Shown one piece after another: positions 9,266 through 16,009 of a stretch of DNA of 45,298 nucleotides. A program made the position numbers and the translations under genes. The notes beneath the pieces were generated by a model. The model was not told where the DNA came from. It saw nothing but the letters and a program-made list of their open reading frames with translations, and did no database searches. Positions within the stretch are counted from its first letter, which is position 1. Each line of letters starts with the position of its first letter. Where the stretch lies: contig JBMYOQ010000031.1 of assembly GCA_049599475.1 (NCBI GenBank), positions 1 through 45,298 on the forward strand. The letters run 5' to 3'. Origin of the DNA: Opitutales bacterium. Lineage in GTDB: Bacteria > Verrucomicrobiota > Verrucomicrobiia > Opitutales > JABSRG01.

Positions 9266-10531
9266 TCAGAAACTCTGACTTTCTCCGAGCGATCGGATCG
9301 TCTCGGTGAAGACAGATGCAGCCGTCCGCATATCTTCTGGAGCCACATATTCGGCCGGGTTGTGGCTGAGGCCTTCTCGGCAGCGCACGAAAAGCATGCC
9401 CACTGGCATCGCTGAGGACATAGCAACGGCATCATGACCCGCGCCACTGAAGAGGAAGGGGGCCTGGTCCTGATACTTTTTGACGGACGCATCCAATGCT
9501 TGGCAGAGGCCGTTATCCATCTGGACGGAGGGCGCCTGCATCATGTAGTCCCAGCTCATGCCGAGTCTTCGTGTCTTTGCGATCTCCATCGCTTGGGCGT
9601 GGAGGAGGTCGGTACTCTCCTCCAACAATTCATCGTTGGGGTGGCGGATGTCGAGGGTCACTAAGACGCGGCCCGGTATCACATTACTGGCCCCAGAGCT
9701 TACGTGCACCTGACCTACGGTCGCGCGCAGGCGGTCCGTCTTCTGAGCAACTTTTTCGGCCAGACAGATCCATTCAGCTGCGCCACAGAGGGCATCACGG
9801 CGCCAGTCCATCGGTGCCGTTCCTGCATGATCGGACTTGCCTCGCCATTCAATGCGGACGCGTTTTTGTGCGGCGATTGCCGAGACGATTCCGGTGGCGC
9901 ACTCCAGCCCTTCGAGCATTGGCCCTTGTTCGATATGGGCTTCGAGATAGCCGAGCGAATTGCGCGGAGGGCGCATTTCCTTGAGGGCCAATTCGGGATC
10001 GTAGCCCCAATTTAAGATGGCTTGGGAAACTGAAAGTCCGTTGCGGTCCAATGCTTCCAGGGTGCTAGGTTTAAAATTTCCGGCGACGTATGAGCTGCCC
10101 AGATACGCGGTCTGAAAACGAAGGCCTTCCTCATCGGAGAAGCCGACGATATCGATGTCGAAGGGGAGGGTAATGCCCCGCGCATTCAGCTCTTCAATCG
10201 CGGCGAGTGCTACTAAGAAACCCATTGGACCATCGTATTTACCGGCGTCGCGAACGGTATCTAAATGTGATCCGAGGAGGAGCGTCTGGCGTTCTTCGGG
10301 TATCGGGTGGCTGCCGACGATTCGCCCATGAATATTTCCCAGCATATCTTCCCATACACTGGCACCCGCAGCCTCCAGCCATCGGGTGGCCACTTCATTT
10401 ACCCGCTTCATCGCGGTGGACATGAATGGACGGGTGATTTGCCCTGGCTCCTCACTGATCGAAGCCAGCGTTTCAATCCGCTGCAAAAGGCGATCAAAGA
10501 CCGCCTCGTTAATTTTCACAGGAGCTTCCAT
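9266..10531 (-). CDS. allC: Allantoate amidohydrolase (M20/M28 Zn hydrolase)
   Basis: GSHLDTV, DEEGLRF, EAHIEQGP, HAGT, GAGHDA, SHNPAE. Start placed at ATG 10531, which overlaps the uraH stop (TGATG); the ORF track start at 10561 is an alternative. Confidence 0.85.
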   Translation of the reverse strand: MEAPVKINEAVFDRLLQRIETLASISEEPGQITRPFMSTAMKRVNEVATRWLEAAGASVWEDMLGNIHGRIVGSHPIPEERQTLLLGSHLDTVRDAGKYDGPMGFLVALAAIEELNARGITLPFDIDIVGFSDEEGLRFQTAYLGSSYVAGNFKPSTLEALDRNGLSVSQAILNWGYDPELALKEMRPPRNSLGYLEAHIEQGPMLEGLECATGIVSAIAAQKRVRIEWRGKSDHAGTAPMDWRRDALCGAAEWICLAEKVAQKTDRLRATVGQVHVSSGASNVIPGRVLVTLDIRHPNDELLEESTDLLHAQAMEIAKTRRLGMSWDYMMQAPSVQMDNGLCQALDASVKKYQDQAPFLFSGAGHDAVAMSSAMPVGMLFVRCREGLSHNPAEYVAPEDMRTAASVFTETIRSLGESQSF

Positions 10532-10884
10532 CAACTCCCTCGATAGGTGCTGTAGCTCCAAGGAGATGCGAGCAGAGGCACATGATAATGTGCGCTGGGG
10601 TCCTGAATCCCAAAGCGAATGGGGATCGTATCGAGAAAGCGGATATCATCGCAGGCGACGCCCTTTGCTTCGAAGTAGGGGCCGATATGGAAAAGTAACT
10701 CGTATTTACCTGCTTCGAAAACCCCCTCTGCGAGGAGAGGTGCATCTGTGCGGCCATCAGAATTCGTGGTGGTCTCCAAAATAAGAGTGTCCTCATCTGA
10801 GTCCAATCGCCAGAGCTCAATGGAAACCCCTGCGGCGGGCGTCCCATGATAGGTATCAAGAATGTGTGTAGTCAGTTTCGACAT
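10531..10884 (-). CDS. uraH: 5-hydroxyisourate hydrolase (transthyretin-like)
   Basis: LTTHILD, DGR, HYHVPLL and the diagnostic C-terminal YRGS. Confidence 0.96.
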   Translation of the reverse strand: MSKLTTHILDTYHGTPAAGVSIELWRLDSDEDTLILETTTNSDGRTDAPLLAEGVFEAGKYELLFHIGPYFEAKGVACDDIRFLDTIPIRFGIQDPSAHYHVPLLASPWSYSTYRGS

Positions 10885-10898
10885 TTAAGCAAAGGGTC

Positions 10899-10914
10899 AG
10901 CAAAAAGGATTCCT
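10899..10914 (-). promoter_or_regulatory. Candidate sigma54 (-24/-12) promoter for uraH-allC
   Basis: Minus strand AGGAATCCTTTTTGCT (GG-N10-GC with TTGCT); predicted +1 near 10888, 4 nt before the uraH ATG. Confidence 0.55.
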
Positions 10915-10988
10915 AGGCGGTGTGCCTCAGGTCATTGAAATCAGCAATTAAGCATTCATGCCTGATCCCTCAACCCTCATCCTTCAAA

Positions 10989-12857
10989 TTATTCAGGCGT
11001 CATCTCTGAATTTGCCTCACGAAGGCGTGCCGAGAGGATGTTGGCCAGATTGCGCAGGAGTTTTGAAAAGAGCTTTGGACTCGTAGATTCGAGGGCTTCA
11101 AACGTTTCTAAGCTCAATTCGAGAGTTTCGATGTCGGTCTGTGCACGAATCTCAGCGGAGCGCGGCGAGTTGTTGAGCAAGGCCATTTCGCCGAAAGTCA
11201 TGCCTGGCTCGAATACGGCCATGCGGCGTTCTTTGTTGTTTCGCTTTTGCTTCCAAGCCGTAGCCTTGCCTTTCAGGAGGAAGAACATGCCACCGGCGGG
11301 CTCGCCTGCATCAAAAACCGTTTCCCCCTCCTTAAATGCTACAGGTTTAAGGGATTTCTCGAAGGTTTGGATCAGCTCCGGTTCGATGCCTTCGAGCAGC
11401 TCACATTGATCTAGGTTGACGGGAACCTGACTCGACCGATGTTTGCCGACACTCTTCAGAACTCGGTTTTCGCACGACTCAAGAGCCTCGTCGATATCTT
11501 CAAAGATTTTGATATTGGGCCAATGCTCTGGGTAATTCTTCCGCAGCACCCGCAAGAGGATGGTCAGATGATGGCAGCGAGATAGGGTGACCTGGCCGCC
11601 ATCGCTCATCCAGCTGTCGATGGCCATTCCAATGACTCCACATGAGCTGAAATCTGCTGCGAGGACGTGACCAAAATCGAGCACGATTTCCTGCACACTT
11701 CCTTTTGCATATGAAAATTCTCGGACTGCGACTTCGGCCGAGGCGAAGGCCAGATCGCTTTGAAGTTGTAGGATGCGCACTGCTTTTCCGTGGTCTCCCA
11801 ACAATTCGTAGTCGGCCGCCGATCTCACCCGATGTGAGCGGAAGTTGGAAAGGTCGCCGCGTTTTCGAATTACGGAAACGGTGGTCCGCTGTGCATTAAA
11901 AATATGAAGTGCCGATTTGCGCGAAATCTCGCGGCATACTTCAATCCCGCGGACACTGTTTCCGCGCTCGTCGAGGCGCGGCGAGTATACCCCGATTCCG
12001 AGTTGGCCAGGCAGGACGGCTAATATGCCCCCGGCGACTCCGCTTTTGGCCGGCATCCCGACATTATAAATCCATTCACCCGCGGCATTATACATTCCGC
12101 AGGAGCCCATGACGCTCAGGATGTTTTCTACGTACTCACTCACCACCGCGCGCGTCCCGGTGATCGGGTTCACGCCACCATTCGCGAGCGTTGCGGCCAT
12201 CACTGCAAGGTCATGACAGTTTACCGAGATGGAGCATTGCATGAAATAGGCCTCGAGGCTCGGGCTCGGCTCTTCATCGATAATATTGAAATTGCGCAAC
12301 ATGTGAGCGATGGCGCGATTGCGGTGCCCCGTCTCGCTTTCGGAGCGATAGACCGTCTCTTCAACCGAAAGTTTGCGACCGCAGTAGCGGCTCATGGAGT
12401 CTAGGATGCGGTTGATCTTCTGCTTGGAAGATTTTCCTTCGACAAGAGAGGTCGTCGCGATAGCCCCCGCGTTGATCATCGGGTTCGCGGGTTGACCAGT
12501 CTCGGGACGCAGACTGATCGCATTGAAGGCATCGCCCGATGGCTCCATCCAAATTTTGCTCAATACCTCCGATTTTCCATTATCCTCGAGCGCCATGCCG
12601 TAGACGAAGGGTTTGGAAATCGATTGGATTGTGAATTCCTCTTTTGCTTCGCCGACCTCGTAAATTTGACCATCCGCGGTCACGAGACAGATGGAGAAGA
12701 GGGCGGGGTCAGCTTTACCGAGTTCAGGAATATAGTCAGCTACAGCACCGTCGTGATTGCTCGAAAGTTCCTTATGCAGATTTTCAAGAATCCGCTGGAT
12801 CGGTGAATCAGTCAGGCTTGGGTTGAGTGATTTTGTAGGAGCGTAGTCGGTAAGCAT
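10989..12857 (-). CDS. glsA: Glutaminase A with C-terminal STAS and cyclic-nucleotide-binding domains
   Basis: VADYIPEL, FTIQSISK (SxxK), NPMINAGAI, AKSGVAGG, GNSVRG; STAS-like LAFASAE..IVLDF; cNMP cassette FGEMALL...PRSAEIRA. Confidence 0.92.
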   Translation of the reverse strand: MLTDYAPTKSLNPSLTDSPIQRILENLHKELSSNHDGAVADYIPELGKADPALFSICLVTADGQIYEVGEAKEEFTIQSISKPFVYGMALEDNGKSEVLSKIWMEPSGDAFNAISLRPETGQPANPMINAGAIATTSLVEGKSSKQKINRILDSMSRYCGRKLSVEETVYRSESETGHRNRAIAHMLRNFNIIDEEPSPSLEAYFMQCSISVNCHDLAVMAATLANGGVNPITGTRAVVSEYVENILSVMGSCGMYNAAGEWIYNVGMPAKSGVAGGILAVLPGQLGIGVYSPRLDERGNSVRGIEVCREISRKSALHIFNAQRTTVSVIRKRGDLSNFRSHRVRSAADYELLGDHGKAVRILQLQSDLAFASAEVAVREFSYAKGSVQEIVLDFGHVLAADFSSCGVIGMAIDSWMSDGGQVTLSRCHHLTILLRVLRKNYPEHWPNIKIFEDIDEALESCENRVLKSVGKHRSSQVPVNLDQCELLEGIEPELIQTFEKSLKPVAFKEGETVFDAGEPAGGMFFLLKGKATAWKQKRNNKERRMAVFEPGMTFGEMALLNNSPRSAEIRAQTDIETLELSLETFEALESTSPKLFSKLLRNLANILSARLREANSEMTPE

Positions 12858-12867
12858 AACGGCCTAA

Positions 12868-12883
12868 AGCAAATGTCACACCG
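12868..12883 (-). promoter_or_regulatory. Candidate sigma54 (-24/-12) promoter for glsA
   Basis: Minus strand CGGTGTGACATTTGCT (GG-N10-GC, G at consensus position 7, TTGCT); exactly 11 nt between the -12 C and the ATG. Confidence 0.5.
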
Positions 12884-12923
12884 CGATTTTATACAGAAGA
12901 TTAATTCGGATAGCTGTCCAATT

Positions 12924-13433
12924 TTAGGCTCCGACGGTCGCTTGTAGACGATGCCAGGCAATGCGTTTGATCTGCGTCAGCGCGGCCTCGCGTTCCTTAG
13001 GTATATTGTTCTCCAAGCGTGCTGCGAAATTTTCAAAAATTGAATCCTGTGTGTGGTCTTTGACGCAGATGATGAACGGAAAACTGAATTTTGCTTTGTA
13101 GTCAGAATTCATCTTCTGAATAGCCTCGAAGCGTTCGGGTGAGAGCTGGTCCAAACGCGCAGATTGCTGTTCGTCTGTGGAATGCTCTGTGAGCTGATTA
13201 CTTACGGCCAGTTTCCCCGCAAGATCCGGGTGGGCCAAAATAAGCTCCATTTGTAGGGACTCTGCGGATGTGTCTACCGTGGCGCACAGTGCCTGGTAGA
13301 GGGCTTCCCATGTGTCAAAAGGAGCACTTGCATGGGTGGTCTCCGGAATCCATGGGCTATGCTCAAAGATGCCACTCAGAGTGTCGGTGAAAGTTGCTTG
13401 GTCTTGGGTGTTGAGTATTTCGAGAGAAGTCAT
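12924..13433 (-). CDS. uraD: OHCU decarboxylase
   Basis: FEHSPW, HPDLAGK, S..EQ, FPFIICV, IA..RL. Start probably ATG 13433 (MTSLEILN); ATG 13466 is the alternative. Confidence 0.93.
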   Translation of the reverse strand: MTSLEILNTQDQATFTDTLSGIFEHSPWIPETTHASAPFDTWEALYQALCATVDTSAESLQMELILAHPDLAGKLAVSNQLTEHSTDEQQSARLDQLSPERFEAIQKMNSDYKAKFSFPFIICVKDHTQDSIFENFAARLENNIPKEREAALTQIKRIAWHRLQATVGA

Positions 13434-13438
13434 TGCTG

Positions 13439-13454
13439 AGGCCTGCGAATTGCT
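13439..13454 (+). promoter_or_regulatory. Candidate sigma54 (-24/-12) promoter for pucG
   Basis: AGGCCTGCGAATTGCT, a close match to TGGCACG-N4-TTGCW; predicted +1 near 13465. Confidence 0.6.
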
Positions 13455-13533
13455 AGCGGTTCTCATTCCAATCGCGATTCTTGCGGACGCGTCGATTTGA
13501 CAGGGTCCGCAGAGCGCATTTCACTTTCTAAAG

Positions 13534-14775
13534 ATGGCTGAGCTTTTCGATCAAATAAATCCACCCCCGCGCCTGATGATGGGGCCAGGACCCATCAACG
13601 CGGATCCGCGTGTTTTGCGTGCCATGTCTGCGCAATTGCTTGGGCAATACGACCCCGCTTTCCGCGAGAATATGCGGGAGACTCAGGTGCTTTTCCGGCA
13701 AATTTTCGAGACCGATAATGAGGCAACCTTGCTCATCGACGGCACATCTCGCTCAGCAATCGAAGCATGTATCGTCTCGCTGATTGAGCCTGGCGATGTC
13801 GTCCTCGTCCCCGTCTTCGGACGTTTTGGTCACCTGCTCACTGAGATTTCTGAACGTGTCGGGGCAGATGTGCGCAAGATCGAATGTGAGTGGGGAGAAA
13901 TTTTCACCGATGAGCAAATTGAAGCAGCGTTGATCGAACATAAGCCAAAATTGCTCGCGGTTTGCCAGGGGGACACCTCCACGACCATGTGTCAGCCCTT
14001 AAACAATATGGGCAAACTCGCTCACAAGCACGGTGCTCTGGTGTATGTGGATGCCACGGCGTCGATCGTTGGCAATCCGCTCCCGGTTGATGCCTGGGAA
14101 CTCGACGCGGTTTCAGTCGGTTTGCAAAAGTGTTTGGGCGGGCCCTCTGGATCCGCTCCGATTACGCTGAGCCCCGCGGCTGTCGAGGTGATCAAGTCGC
14201 GCTGGCATGTAGAGAAGGGCATTCAGCCTGCGGGCTTTGTCCCAGGGACTGGTTCTCGCATTCGCTCCAACTATTTAGACCTGGCTCAAATTATTTCGTA
14301 TTGGGAAACCGGTCTGAATCACCATACCGAAGCCACCTCGATGCTTTATTGTGCGCGTGAGTGTGCTCGAATAAATCTCCAAGAGGGTCTCGAAGCCGTG
14401 GTGGCGCGCCACAAATTGGGAAGCGATGCGATGGTGGCGGGACTCCAAGCGATGGGCTTGGAAGTATATGGCGATCTAGAATTCAAAATGCTGAATGTGA
14501 CCGGGGTGTACATCCCCGAAGGCATCCCCGGTGATGAGCTGCGTGCGACCATGCTAGACGATTTTGGAATTGAGATCGGGACCTCATTTGGTCCGCTTCA
14601 TGGCAAGATATGGCGCATCGGAAATATGGGCTACAACTGCCGCAAGGAGTTTATTCTTCAGACTCTAGCGGCCCTCGCTTCTGCCCTGCAAATTTACGGA
14701 TTTGAGCTCAAGGGCGACGGTGTAGCTGCGGCATATGCGGTTTACAAGGCTGCGGGCCAGGTCGTTGGTTCATAG
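13534..14775 (+). CDS. pucG: (S)-ureidoglycine-glyoxylate aminotransferase (class V PLP)
   Basis: RLMMGPGP, DGTSRSAIEA, GDTSTT, GLQKCLGGPSG (PLP Lys), NHHTEATSMLY, IEIGTSFGPLHGKIWRIG. Confidence 0.88.
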   Translation: MAELFDQINPPPRLMMGPGPINADPRVLRAMSAQLLGQYDPAFRENMRETQVLFRQIFETDNEATLLIDGTSRSAIEACIVSLIEPGDVVLVPVFGRFGHLLTEISERVGADVRKIECEWGEIFTDEQIEAALIEHKPKLLAVCQGDTSTTMCQPLNNMGKLAHKHGALVYVDATASIVGNPLPVDAWELDAVSVGLQKCLGGPSGSAPITLSPAAVEVIKSRWHVEKGIQPAGFVPGTGSRIRSNYLDLAQIISYWETGLNHHTEATSMLYCARECARINLQEGLEAVVARHKLGSDAMVAGLQAMGLEVYGDLEFKMLNVTGVYIPEGIPGDELRATMLDDFGIEIGTSFGPLHGKIWRIGNMGYNCRKEFILQTLAALASALQIYGFELKGDGVAAAYAVYKAAGQVVGS

Positions 14776-14845
14776 CGGACCGGCTTCTGGGCCATATTCT
14801 GGCTTGCCTCTCTGTCTCTAGATCAGTCCTATAGCGGGCTTTTTT

Positions 14846-15886
14846 ATGGAAGCGGAATTGAAAGCTATAGTTGAGCAGGCGCAGGCGGATGTGAAATCCG
14901 TGCAGACGCGCCCCGAGTTTGAGCAGTTCAAGGCAGCCATTTCGGGCCCACGCGGCTCTATGACCCAGGTCATGAAAGGCATGGGCAAGGTGCCTAAAGA
15001 GCAAAAGCCTATTATCGGCAAAGCGATTAATCTGGCCAAGAAGACCCTCGAGAGTCTCTACGCCGAGTCTTTGGAAGCGATCGAACAGCGCGAACTTCAG
15101 GAGCGCATCGGACCTGCGGTGGACCCCACCTTGCCGAGCCCCGATCTCGAAATCGGAAGTCGCCACCCGATCAACGCTATCCGCGAGCAGTTGGTGGATA
15201 TTTTGAAGCGCGTCGGTTTCTCTGTCGCGGAGGGTCCAGAGGTGGATACCGAGTGGTTTTGTTTTGATGCGCTCAATACCGCTCCCGATCACCCAGCGCG
15301 TGATTTGCAAGATACTCTTTATCTGAAGAACGACGCGAATTTGAGCAACGTCAGCAAAAAGACCGACGAACGCTACCTCCTGCGTACGCACACATCTACG
15401 GTCCAGATTCGCACCATGCTCGCGAATGAACCGCCTATCCGCGTGATCTCGCCTGGTCGTGTATTCCGTCGCGATACCGTAGACGCGACGCACAGCTCCT
15501 GCTTCCACCAGATCGAGGCCCTTTACGTGGATAAAAACGTAACCGTTGCCGATTTGAAAGCCCTGCTCGATTACATGATGCGGGAGCTTCTAGGGAAGGA
15601 TGCAAAGACTCGTTTTCGCCCGCATTTTTTCCCTTACACCGAGCCGAGTTTTGAGCTCGATTGTAGCTCTGCTCACTTGAAGAAAGTTGGTAAGACTTGG
15701 ACTGAAATGGGTGGCTGCGGCATGGTGGATCCCACCGTTTTTGAAGCCGTCGGCTATGATCCTGAGGTCTACTCCGGCTATGCGTTTGGTTTCGGCTTAG
15801 AGCGTCTCGCGATGATCCTCTACGGCATCGATGATATTCGTCACTTCTATCAAAACGATCTGCGCTTTCTGCGCCAGTTTGCTTAA
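14846..15886 (+). CDS. pheS: Phenylalanine-tRNA ligase alpha subunit
   Basis: HPARDLQDT, LLRTHTS, FRRD..DATH, FHQIE, FPYTEPS, GFGLERL. Confidence 0.98.
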   Translation: MEAELKAIVEQAQADVKSVQTRPEFEQFKAAISGPRGSMTQVMKGMGKVPKEQKPIIGKAINLAKKTLESLYAESLEAIEQRELQERIGPAVDPTLPSPDLEIGSRHPINAIREQLVDILKRVGFSVAEGPEVDTEWFCFDALNTAPDHPARDLQDTLYLKNDANLSNVSKKTDERYLLRTHTSTVQIRTMLANEPPIRVISPGRVFRRDTVDATHSSCFHQIEALYVDKNVTVADLKALLDYMMRELLGKDAKTRFRPHFFPYTEPSFELDCSSAHLKKVGKTWTEMGGCGMVDPTVFEAVGYDPEVYSGYAFGFGLERLAMILYGIDDIRHFYQNDLRFLRQFA

Positions 15887-15911
15887 CCCTTTAAGAGCAG
15901 AAAATGATTCA

Positions 15912-15980
15912 TGGAGGGCGGATCTCCGGATCCGCTGAGAACCCTCAAAATACTAGGCGGATGTGGAAAACCGCCCTCCA
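15912..15980. repeat. REP-like inverted doublet between pheS and pheT
   Basis: Arms TGGAGGGCGGATCTCCGGATCCGC (15912-15935) and GCGGATGTGGAAAACCGCCCTCCA (15957-15980) are 20/24 complementary; the left arm is itself a hairpin (GCGGATC-TCCG-GATCCGC). Confidence 0.75.
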
Positions 15981-16009
15981 CCCAAGACTCCTTTAGCACA
16001 CGCTGAATT

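Noticed and set aside
12865..12880. CRP-like site (TGTGA) upstream of the cNMP-domain glutaminase
   Set aside because: Only one half-site; no TCACA at the 6-nt spacing
13454..13470. Fourth sigma54-like motif on the minus strand before uraD (TGGAATGAGAACCGCT)
   Set aside because: GG-N10-GC spacing is right but the conserved TT before GC is CC; too weak to call
14708..15508. 266-aa minus-strand ORF, and similar antisense ORFs at 16340-16936, 20354-20956 and 43636-44295
   Set aside because: Shadow frames opposite pheS, pheT, gatB and fabF with no recognisable motifs
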